Positions 39,501 through 47,353 of a stretch of DNA of 64,000 nucleotides are shown here, in pieces. Under the pieces are notes generated by a model. It searched no databases and was not told where the DNA came from. It saw nothing but the letters and a program-made list of their open reading frames with translations. Made by a program: the position numbers and the translations under genes. This stretch comes from Patescibacteria group bacterium (GTDB lineage Bacteria > Patescibacteriota > Microgenomatia > UBA8517). The stretch spans positions 5,189 through 69,188 of the forward strand of contig JBBTWD010000002.1 in NCBI GenBank assembly GCA_038062915.1. The letters run 5' to 3'. Numbering within the stretch: position 1 is the first letter of the stretch; every line of letters starts with the position of its first letter.

Positions 39501-40070
39501 GAATGATATGAAAAGAAAAACTAGATACCAAAAGAGACGTTTGGATTTTATCAATTTAATATAAACATAAGTTATAAGGGGCATCATTGCAGCTAAGAAA
39601 AATGAGGTATGAACAAACCTATGCCATATTTGAACTTCCATGTAGGGATTTAGCATGTAAAAAAGTGCGGCGATGAAAGATAAAACTCTTGATTTTGAAG
39701 ATGTTGCTTCAAAAAAAAGCAAATACATCCCTAAACCTGTAAGAAAGAGTAGTGTCGAAAAAAGAATCGCTTGAATCGCTACAGGAGACATACCTACGGT
39801 TTGCAATATGGCTAAAGTAGAATATAGGGGGATTGAAGTTAAAGCGCTAGGATAAGGAAATCCTGGGGCATGTACATCCCACCAGATATCTTTTACAATG
39901 GATGAAAGACGTATGGGATTGTAAGTAGGAAGACCAACATCCCCACCGCCATATAGAATACCTGTCCGAAACCAACTTAAAATCATAATGACAGTAATGG
40001 CTAAAAAAATACTTAATGGCCAAATATGGTAGCGTGCCTTAGAAAGAAGACTATTTACTTTTTTTAACAT
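36537..40070 (-). CDS. Giant polytopic membrane protein, GT-C-like (1177 aa)
   Basis: N-terminus IMILSWFRTGILYGGGDVGL...AIQAILFSTLLFLTGLGMYLLF is paralogous to 47338..49239; about 700-aa extracytoplasmic domain; C-terminal TM anchor. Confidence 0.45.
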   Translation of the reverse strand: MLKKVNSLLSKARYHIWPLSIFLAITVIMILSWFRTGILYGGGDVGLPTYNPIRLSSIVKDIWWDVHAPGFPYPSALTSIPLYSTLAILQTVGMSPVAIQAILFSTLLFLTGLGMYLLFFEATSSKSRVLSFIAALFYMLNPYMEVQIWHRFVHTSFFLAAMMPLITYVYIKLIKSKRLFWYLVFLFISFAFSYIYGSLSFMVIIWIPILTYSIWNNFFRNLKILILVFVSWLAINIWWLYPFWTTGPTLFAQIHSIYASIATLLSLSNQNPISVVLRGINSFYTFGENIWVGGYGHFLMQLISWSIPLVTLIGIYSIIVSKKRHFYVWIFLFLLAIFVSKGTAAPFGHPFLLAFSKSFLLGAFRNPFEKFGILIPFASAFIFPIGIEKICFFLKSKFSGKRILAYVFISTLLVLEFIIYPWPMWLGEIFGSKSQSALVEVPEDYIRANAWIKDENKSGRILHLPFVTGDAVTYSWEKGYNGIEPSSLLFSTPSVSNGFGLEQVDHSLASINIIFTSNSFDQKSLANVFSNLNIRYIVLHKDIDWKARVLVNPDAIEKVLFQISFIQKKVTFGDLVIYEIDDSFFTPKVFTAEVYNVLTGGSIGFSIWPEIYENESWPVFFATPVNDNQDELSAQSNLNYSITSTHTILTPSSPLAYKENALAELPRPRFLPDSLFYSLILIKEQVQLVSSPAMNKHFVELDHAGKRLSEAHRLTEKGNIKLANRMIANYSKRFDKAVEIINQRQVGGLVDKTEKLILKTMLARHEIVLKDLNNLSALENMKIKLSDLGFVPFYELKEDIGMSKYGRKVFRFDVQKDVEYEILLKNSPSDSQYQGGLKTLVFQIDNEVKVLSANLKMGFLSFGTIKLDKGLHEISYNMVDSVNLSPEIGSQEWQLTGSVKQIGDATQPVFDFHTSKTDSSSLSFNIKDFDKNSIYRVDFDYWIKKGRGPILQVMQDSDWDVNGRRYMSIDKIYDKDNYSFYWNSGSIFFEPRLNTTEAVVKINGEPWNNCLAILGDKVACKIKEIGEDYNRESDFAIRNISVKRLLVNDVFLRSIDIAKDGVRNRQKIDINQISPSYYEGRLLLNGPTSLVFLTTFHPEWKVSLTKDGVSYVLPEKRHFLANGYGNLWYLNEDPGEYLIKIEFIPQKRFYKGITFSAVATISSVVVGIFFLRKKRND

Positions 40071-40737
40071 TTATCTTTTTGTATGCCACAAAAACATAAT
40101 CTGCAAACGTCTGATCCCAATAATATAATGGGGAAATTACAATATTAAATAAAAACAATAATTTCTTTATTAAATCTGATTTTACTCTATGAACCAAACC
40201 GACCTCCCCAAGCAACCAACGGTTACCATACTTTAAGGTTTTATAACCCAGTCTCTTAAAATCTTTTGGAAAAAAGTGTGATAGATGCAATTGTAATTTA
40301 TTACCATCAACCGCGGGGTGGTACATTTCACCAATTGGAGTAGCTATAATAACTTGCTTTTTAGCTATCCGTTCTAAATCCTTTATAAATTTAGTTGCAT
40401 CATGGGGTGGGAGGTGTTCAATAACGTGTGAGGCAATAACAATGTCAAAACTTCTGGCAGGAAACTTCATTTTTCTAATATCGCTTAGGACATACTTATC
40501 ATGGAGCTTGCTTCTTCTGGCTTGGCTAATATATTTTTCAAATAAATCTACTCCCACAACATAATCGGGCTTTAATACCATTCTTATTAATCTCATTGGA
40601 TAACCCTGTCCACAACCAACGTCTAAGATACTCGACCCTGATCTATCTATAACTTTGCAAACAGGGTCTACAAGCATGTCCAACCAAAGTTTGATAGGGA
40701 ATAATGATTTATCGATTTTTTTATATATTTTTAACAT
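40051..40737 (-). CDS. Class I SAM-dependent methyltransferase (small, about 200 aa)
   Basis: ILDVGCGQGYPM...FDIVIASHVIEHL...QVIIATPIG...HPAVDGN. Confidence 0.75.
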   Translation of the reverse strand: MLKIYKKIDKSLFPIKLWLDMLVDPVCKVIDRSGSSILDVGCGQGYPMRLIRMVLKPDYVVGVDLFEKYISQARRSKLHDKYVLSDIRKMKFPARSFDIVIASHVIEHLPPHDATKFIKDLERIAKKQVIIATPIGEMYHPAVDGNKLQLHLSHFFPKDFKRLGYKTLKYGNRWLLGEVGLVHRVKSDLIKKLLFLFNIVISPLYYWDQTFADYVFVAYKKINVKKSK

Positions 40738-42250
40738 TTTTGTAAGCTACCATGTAGTAATTAGCCAGCGGTTGAATAAAATAGGTTAGCCAATTAACGA
40801 GGAGTATAAGTGAATAAATTAACTTTTTCCATACACCATTTTGGTATCTGTCTATTAATCCCCCAATACCTTCAATCTCGCTTCTACCCATTTTTATTAC
40901 TTTGTATCCCCTAGCTATCAACTCATCTGGCATAAATCCTGATTTATGTAGTTGAAGGCGATTACCATCAACAGCTGGGTGAAATGTCCTTCCAATTGGC
41001 ATAGATATAATAACTTGCTTTTTAGCTATCTTTTCTAAATTGTCTAGAACCCTTAAAGATTCATCTTTTCTTATGTGTTCTAAAACCTGCAGGGCAATAA
41101 CAATATCAAAAGACTTATTCTCAAACGGCAAATTCCTGACATCAGCTAGTGAATATGAATCATGTATTCCCTTTCTTCTACATTCATTGATATAGGGTTT
41201 AAAAAGATCAACTCCATGGACAAACTTAAATTTTATTTTTTCTTTTAAAACCTGCATTGGAAGTCCACCCCCGCAAGCTACATCTAAAATGGTTTTACCC
41301 GATGTATCAATAACCCTACAAACCGGGTCAACCAATGAAATCAAGAAAAGTTTTAATGGGAAAAAAGAATAATCGATTCCGGAAATAATTCCCTTCCAAT
41401 AATTAGACAAAACATCAAATCTTGCAGTCATTAAAATAATTAAAGAATGTAAAACGATGTAAATTGGCTCGTAAAAAAACATAAAGACTAGAAAGTTGTT
41501 TTTTTGTGCATGTTTTTTCATAAATATGATCTTATTTTTACTTACTCTAAATGATCTCTCGGGAGTTGTTATCCCCAACCATTGAAGCCAGGGGTTAATA
41601 AATGTTTTTTTAGCTCCCGTATGCCAAGCGCGAGATTTCGGAACATAAAATATTTTATACCCAGCTTTTCTAGCTCTTATGGAGAAGTCAGAATCTTCAT
41701 AGGGAATAAAGATTTCCTCATCGTAGTCTCCAATTTTATCAAACACATCCCGCCTTACCAACCAAGTACATCCGGCCATTGGAATTTCGATTACTTTCTC
41801 AAACTGACCTACATCTTTTTGGTGAACTCCAATGCCAAAAACTCTGCCGGTTTTAAGGTTAATGCCATGTCCAACTCCTTGAATAATATCTGGCTTTCCC
41901 ATTTCATAAATTTTAGGTTGGACTATTCCAATTTTAGAGTCAGTTGTTATAACTTTAATAAGTTCTTTAACCATCTGTCTGTCTGCAACAGCATCGTCAT
42001 CCATGAATAAAACAAATTGACCTTTAGTATGGAGTAGCCCTAAATTTCTTCCTCCCGCACCCCCCAGATTTGTTTCACTTCTAATAACATTAATGCTTGA
42101 GGTTTTCTTGACTCGTTGGCTTGAGGCATTGTCGACAACAACAATTTCATCAATTTTCTGTGACTGAGCTAATATTGATTTAAGACATAGTGAAAGTTCC
42201 TTGTTGCGGTTTCTTGTTACAATTACTACTGATATGGAAGGCTTGTTCAT
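40721..42250 (-). CDS. Bifunctional GT2 glycosyltransferase - SAM methyltransferase fusion
   Basis: N-terminal SVVIVTRNRNKELSLCL...IVVVDNASS...FMDDDAV; C-terminal ILDVACGGGLPM...FDIVIALQVLEHI...QVIISMPIG...HPAVDGN. Confidence 0.75.
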   Translation of the reverse strand: MNKPSISVVIVTRNRNKELSLCLKSILAQSQKIDEIVVVDNASSQRVKKTSSINVIRSETNLGGAGGRNLGLLHTKGQFVLFMDDDAVADRQMVKELIKVITTDSKIGIVQPKIYEMGKPDIIQGVGHGINLKTGRVFGIGVHQKDVGQFEKVIEIPMAGCTWLVRRDVFDKIGDYDEEIFIPYEDSDFSIRARKAGYKIFYVPKSRAWHTGAKKTFINPWLQWLGITTPERSFRVSKNKIIFMKKHAQKNNFLVFMFFYEPIYIVLHSLIILMTARFDVLSNYWKGIISGIDYSFFPLKLFLISLVDPVCRVIDTSGKTILDVACGGGLPMQVLKEKIKFKFVHGVDLFKPYINECRRKGIHDSYSLADVRNLPFENKSFDIVIALQVLEHIRKDESLRVLDNLEKIAKKQVIISMPIGRTFHPAVDGNRLQLHKSGFMPDELIARGYKVIKMGRSEIEGIGGLIDRYQNGVWKKLIYSLILLVNWLTYFIQPLANYYMVAYKNVKNI

Positions 42251-42267
42251 CTCGAAGGTATTATAAA

Positions 42268-43308
42268 CTACCAGCGTTTACTTGCCAAAAAAGTTTTAAA
42301 ACCTTGAAGTGTTTGCCCCTTTATTAGAAATGGTATAAACGCTTGACTGTCCGAAAGCTTTCTTTTCCCCTGAACAGATGACCTTTTGTTCATAAGTATG
42401 GAAAAATTCAGGATAGCCCAGACAATCGCCTTAAACCTGGCCAAACCAAATCTCCAAAGGCCTTTGTAAAATATTTCAAATAATCCGGAAGCGATATAAA
42501 TTAAAAAAATCACGGGTATTGACTTAATTGCATTCACGAAATTGTAATTTTTAATTACAGTAGAAATTCTATTTTTATTAAACCAGAATTTTATTTCAGC
42601 CTTTAATTTAGCGCTCACTCTCGATGTTGAAGACCCTCGCTTATGATAAACAATAGCTTCTGGGAAACAGTAAATCTTATAGCCAAGAAGTCGCAACCTC
42701 AAGGATAAATCCATATCTTCATAACCAATTCGATAATCGGGGTCAAGAATCCCAACTTCAGGAATAAGACTGGCTCTAAAAAGAGACGTAGATCCAGTAA
42801 CTGATAAAACCTCCCTCAACTTGTTATATTGCCCCATGTCTTCTTCCCCCCCACCCAAGGTTACGGGGTTACCAAATATATCCATCGACTCTCCAACACT
42901 ATCAATTTTTTTGTGGTCAAAATATGAAAGAACCTTTCCTTGAATTTGACCAGCTTCGGGGTGGCTGTCCATAAAATTTACCAATTTCTCAATTGCACCT
43001 TTTGCAAAATATATATCGTTATTCAAAAAGAAAATATATTTCCCACTGGATTTTTTAATTGCCATGTTAATACCTTTGGTCATATTATTTACCGGGTTTT
43101 GTATTATTTGAAGCCTTTTATCATGGCCAAAATGCTTTCTAACCTCTCTAACACTATCATCAGAGGAAACCATATCAACAAAAAAAATTTCAAAATCCTT
43201 AAAACTTCCATTTAAGAAATCCTTGAAGAAGTCACCCAAAAGTCCCAATTCCCAACCATTATAATTAGTTACAATCGCACTGACTAAGGGTGATTTTTTG
43301 TTTACCAT
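42268..43308 (-). CDS. GT2 family glycosyltransferase with C-terminal TM segment
   Basis: VSAIVTNYNG...FVDMVSSDDS...FFLNNDIY; paralog of the GT2 domain in 40721..42250. Confidence 0.8.
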   Translation of the reverse strand: MVNKKSPLVSAIVTNYNGWELGLLGDFFKDFLNGSFKDFEIFFVDMVSSDDSVREVRKHFGHDKRLQIIQNPVNNMTKGINMAIKKSSGKYIFFLNNDIYFAKGAIEKLVNFMDSHPEAGQIQGKVLSYFDHKKIDSVGESMDIFGNPVTLGGGEEDMGQYNKLREVLSVTGSTSLFRASLIPEVGILDPDYRIGYEDMDLSLRLRLLGYKIYCFPEAIVYHKRGSSTSRVSAKLKAEIKFWFNKNRISTVIKNYNFVNAIKSIPVIFLIYIASGLFEIFYKGLWRFGLARFKAIVWAILNFSILMNKRSSVQGKRKLSDSQAFIPFLIKGQTLQGFKTFLASKRW

Positions 43309-43365
43309 AACTTTAAAATATTGTATCTTACTATTGACAAAAAATCCTCTCTGCTGTAGTTTTAC

Positions 43366-44640
43366 GTGGTTATGAAAAATTTAAAGGTGCCAGGTAAGGT
43401 AAGACCAATTACTTCTTGTCAGGCTTGTCAGAGTAAAAACTTATACAAATTTATTAATTTTGGTCCTATGCCAAAACCAAATATTTATATGACAAGGGAG
43501 GAAGCTCTGGAACAAGGTTTACAAACTTTCCAACTTGACGCAAGTCTTTGTACCGACTGTGGATTGGTCCAATTGGGCGAGATCGTGCCTTCAGAGGAAC
43601 TATTCGCCGAAAATTATGCCTACCGAACCCCAGAGGCTATGAGGCCCGATTTTAAAGAAAGTGCAGAAGAAACTGCTTCACTTGCTGGAATAAAAAAAGG
43701 GGCAAAAGTACTTGAGATTGGCAGTAATATTGGTATCTGCCTTGATGAATACAGGAAAATGGGCATGAAGGTTCTTGGAGTAGACCCCGCCACAATATAT
43801 GCAAAACAAGCCAACAAATCAGGAATTGAAACAATTATTGAACCATTTACTCCATCCCTTGCCGACAACATCGTCAGAGAAAAAGGAAAAATGGATGTTG
43901 TAACCGCGGCTAATGTTCTTCAACATATCCCCGATCTTGTTGGAACAATTGAAGGAATCAGAAAGGTATTGGCCCCCAATGGGGTATTTTCTTTGGAATT
44001 CCCATACTTGGGAGATATATTAAATAATACCGACTTCGATACCTTCTATGCAGAACACTATTACTACCTTTCCCTAGCTCCACTCCAGAAAATATTCGAG
44101 TCGATGGGAATGACGATGGTTCATGCAAAAAAACTACCTCAAATCCATAATGGTTCCATGAGAATTTTTGTAAAACATGGCCGTGGATCAACAAATATGA
44201 GTAGAGACCTCTGGTTAATGATAAAGGATGAAGAAGACTCCGGATTTCTTAACCCAAAAAAGTTTTCAGATTTTAAGTCCCGAGTAGATAACATAGTTCA
44301 TCAAATAAACATGCATTTGTATGTTGCCAAAGCTAGAGGTGAACATGTGGTGGCCCATGGATGTTCTGCAAAGTTTGTAACACTTACCAACTATATGCAT
44401 ATTGGGGAAGATGTTATTTCTTACGTAGCCGATAACACAGATGTAAAACAAGGTAAGGTGACTCCGGGTATGGGCATCCCTGTAGTTTCGGAGGAAAAAT
44501 TAATGAATGACGCACCAGATATTATTTTTAATGGAATCAGAAACTTCTATAATTACAATAAAGAAAAGTACGACAAAATAAAAAAGAAAAATCCAAAAAC
44601 CAAAATCCTCATGCCGATTCCAGAGGTTTACTATCTTTAA
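43366..44640 (+). CDS. NDP-hexose C-methyltransferase-like (zinc-ribbon + MTase + C-MT C-terminal domain; TylCIII family)
   Basis: CQAC...x33...CTDCGLVQL zinc ribbon; VLEIGSNIGI motif I; C-terminal domain present. Confidence 0.7.
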   Translation: MVMKNLKVPGKVRPITSCQACQSKNLYKFINFGPMPKPNIYMTREEALEQGLQTFQLDASLCTDCGLVQLGEIVPSEELFAENYAYRTPEAMRPDFKESAEETASLAGIKKGAKVLEIGSNIGICLDEYRKMGMKVLGVDPATIYAKQANKSGIETIIEPFTPSLADNIVREKGKMDVVTAANVLQHIPDLVGTIEGIRKVLAPNGVFSLEFPYLGDILNNTDFDTFYAEHYYYLSLAPLQKIFESMGMTMVHAKKLPQIHNGSMRIFVKHGRGSTNMSRDLWLMIKDEEDSGFLNPKKFSDFKSRVDNIVHQINMHLYVAKARGEHVVAHGCSAKFVTLTNYMHIGEDVISYVADNTDVKQGKVTPGMGIPVVSEEKLMNDAPDIIFNGIRNFYNYNKEKYDKIKKKNPKTKILMPIPEVYYL

Positions 44641-45553
44641 AATTATTACTGATGTAATCGGTGACCGCCTCTTTCCATGTAGGAAACTCCATATCTAATA
44701 GCTCTTCTGTCTTTTTGACCTTTAGGCCTCCATTGGGGTTATATGGAGATTTTTTACCTATTAACTTTTCATAATCTAGTATTGAACCGGGTTTTACTTC
44801 ATTGTCAATTTTTATTTGCTTAGCTAAAAATGTACCGATTTCGAAAGGCGTGGTAATTTCACGACAAGCTACATGGAACTTACCGACTAACTTATTTGAG
44901 ATAATATTTTTTAAAGCATCACCTAAAACCGATATGTAGGTGGGGCTAAACTTTTGATCATTAAAAAGTGGTCTGTCTTTTTTAATGCCTTCAATAAGTT
45001 TTAAAACATAATCTTTATTCATATCCCTACTGCCAAAAGGATAAGCGATTCTAACAATTGAAAATTTGTCGCAATATTTTTCTACTACTTCCTCTGCTTT
45101 TCTTTTAGTAAATCCGTACCAATCCACCGTCCCATCATTAACGAGTTTGTCGTACTCATCAAATGGGCCATTCCCGCCGTAAAAAACATTGTCTGTCGAT
45201 ATATAACTTAAATAGAGACCACCTTGTCTACAAACTTTTGCAACATTAGATGTTCCTTCAACATTCAATTTCCAAGCGAGACCATCTTTATTACCAATTT
45301 CAGCCAATGAACCCTTAACATCCGTGTAGGCGGCTAAATTTAAGACAACGTCTATCCCGCTTTGCCTAATAAAATTTTGGAGCGATTCGAAGTCTAAAAT
45401 GTCAACGTCGTTAGAAGAAACAAATAATAAATTCTGTGCAAGGTCCACGTATAATTCCTTGAGCCTGCTTCCTATAAAACCAGATCCACCCAAGACCAAT
45501 GTTTTAGGATATGGTAGGGTCGTCATATTTATAAATTGTAATCCTTGACACAA
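44609..45553 (-). CDS. RmlD-like NAD(P)H-dependent 4-ketosugar reductase (dTDP-4-dehydrorhamnose reductase family)
   Basis: LVLGGSGFIGS...YISTDNVFYG...YGFTKRKAEE; RmlD substrate-binding pattern. Confidence 0.7.
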   Translation of the reverse strand: MCQGLQFINMTTLPYPKTLVLGGSGFIGSRLKELYVDLAQNLLFVSSNDVDILDFESLQNFIRQSGIDVVLNLAAYTDVKGSLAEIGNKDGLAWKLNVEGTSNVAKVCRQGGLYLSYISTDNVFYGGNGPFDEYDKLVNDGTVDWYGFTKRKAEEVVEKYCDKFSIVRIAYPFGSRDMNKDYVLKLIEGIKKDRPLFNDQKFSPTYISVLGDALKNIISNKLVGKFHVACREITTPFEIGTFLAKQIKIDNEVKPGSILDYEKLIGKKSPYNPNGGLKVKKTEELLDMEFPTWKEAVTDYISNNFKDSKPLESA

Positions 45554-46161
45554 AAAAGACCACCACTAATTTTTGGGATAAAATAACTAACAGGTGTAAA
45601 TAAATAATATAATGCCTGCTTTATTCGAAGAAATTTATCTTCAAGAAGCAATGGGATTTTTAAACCAAGCCCATAAACACTATAACCAAACTTTTTAAAA
45701 TCAGAGACCTTCCATATTGATTTATGTTCATCTTCTTTTTCTCCATGGAGTGTGTCAAAAAAAAGATTTGGTGTAGAAACAATTGCCCTGCCCTTGCATA
45801 CCCTATCTATTTCTCTTAATAATATTAGTCCGTCTTTCTTTTTAAGGTGTTCTATAACCTCTGTACAAATCAGAAAATCAATACTTTTATCCTTAAATGG
45901 AAGTTTTGGTAAACCTGCATGAACAAGCTTGTCGTAAATATTGAAATGACGGCAAAAATCAAGACATGCAGTGTTAATATCCATCCCGATAAGTTTTGCC
46001 CCACTCCAATCCCTTGTGGCACGAATAAGCGATCCATTTAGTCCCCTTCCGCAACCGACATCAAGTATTGTCTTTCCAATGAGAATAGGCGTAAAGTAAG
46101 AAATAAATGGGTGTAAAAAAAGGGGGTGGGTTCCTCCGGGGGCATAATTAATCTTTAACAT
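45529..46161 (-). CDS. Class I SAM-dependent methyltransferase (third paralog of the small MTase family)
   Basis: ILDVGCGRGLNG...IDFLICTEVIEHL...AIVSTPN. Confidence 0.75.
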   Translation of the reverse strand: MLKINYAPGGTHPLFLHPFISYFTPILIGKTILDVGCGRGLNGSLIRATRDWSGAKLIGMDINTACLDFCRHFNIYDKLVHAGLPKLPFKDKSIDFLICTEVIEHLKKKDGLILLREIDRVCKGRAIVSTPNLFFDTLHGEKEDEHKSIWKVSDFKKFGYSVYGLGLKIPLLLEDKFLRIKQALYYLFTPVSYFIPKISGGLFCVKDYNL

Positions 46162-47353
46162 GTTCCAATACCTCCCTTGCTCGCAGGTCCCATGACCAAT
46201 TTTTGCTAATCATCTCTAACGCCTCTTTGCCAATCTTTTCTCTGATTTTATTATTAGATAGCAAATTTAAAATTTCCTTTGCAAATTCATCCAAATCTCC
46301 GATCTTTACTTTGACCATTCCTTTTGGATAATAGGAGGAATATGATTTAAGATCAAAGCCAATACAGGGTATGCCAAATGCCATAGCTTCAGCAGAAGCC
46401 ATACCACCACTATCATAAAGTGCGGGGTGAACTACAATTTTTGACTCTGAAAAAGTTTGATATTTTTTGTCCCCGTCAAAAACATAACCCAAGAGGTCAA
46501 TGTTATCCTCTAATTTTGCGTCTTTAATTTTTGATTTAACATTCTTCATTAATGGACCATCTCCGATCATTACCAGTTTGGCATTTTTATTTTTAACTAC
46601 AACCTTTTTCCAAATTTCTATAATCTCGACAACACCTTTTTGGGGATGGAACCTACCTTGAAAAACCGCATCATACACCTTGGGTAGATTTTTATTTATG
46701 AATTTCCAATTTTCAATCTTTTTTACGTCCACCGCACCAAGAACAACAATAGTTTTACCCTTTTTATCAAGCCCAGGGAACTCTTTTCTTTCTCCCTCGT
46801 TGTTAACTAAAACAAAATCTGAAAATTTGGAAATTATGGGTTTAATAGGAAACTGGCTTAACCAATAGAGAAGTGCTTTAAATCTATATTTCTCTTCTCT
46901 CGCTCCTTCGGCATATCCCCTAAAGGGGTTTGGGGCCGTCTGATACCAAGTTGCAACCCACTTAATATTTGGGTAACGAATTTTCAAAATAAAGCATGGT
47001 AAAGTGTCCATCCAAAAATCAGACGCGCTGTACAATATAGTCTCTTTTTTGTTTTGAAGTTTAATCGATAACCCAAGTCTAATTCCTTCTATAATTCTGG
47101 CAAAATAATTTACTACAAAACCTAGGTCACTCCATGGTTTCATTGAAGAAATTTTAAAAGCTATATTTTTACTTTTTAAATCTTGTCTTTTACACATTTG
47201 GTAACCTTCAGTCCAAAGATAAATATTAATTTTAGACTTTTTACTCCACCGTCTCGCAAATTCTATAAATATCCTGTCACTACCAGAAAGACCTACTCCA
47301 AGGGCCCCCAATGCGAAAATTTTTATATTTTGAGTTTTTATTGCCATGGCCAT
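46148..47353 (-). CDS. GT4 family glycosyltransferase
   Basis: Glycos_transf_1 C-domain with GGMASAEAMAFGIPCIGFD. Confidence 0.8.
   Translation of the reverse strand: MAMAIKTQNIKIFALGALGVGLSGSDRIFIEFARRWSKKSKINIYLWTEGYQMCKRQDLKSKNIAFKISSMKPWSDLGFVVNYFARIIEGIRLGLSIKLQNKKETILYSASDFWMDTLPCFILKIRYPNIKWVATWYQTAPNPFRGYAEGAREEKYRFKALLYWLSQFPIKPIISKFSDFVLVNNEGERKEFPGLDKKGKTIVVLGAVDVKKIENWKFINKNLPKVYDAVFQGRFHPQKGVVEIIEIWKKVVVKNKNAKLVMIGDGPLMKNVKSKIKDAKLEDNIDLLGYVFDGDKKYQTFSESKIVVHPALYDSGGMASAEAMAFGIPCIGFDLKSYSSYYPKGMVKVKIGDLDEFAKEILNLLSNNKIREKIGKEALEMISKNWSWDLRAREVLEHVKD

Noticed and set aside
43330-43365. TTGACA-N17-TAGTTT promoter upstream of the C-methyltransferase
   Set aside because: The -10 hexamer is weak (3/6 to consensus), so it is not reported as a feature
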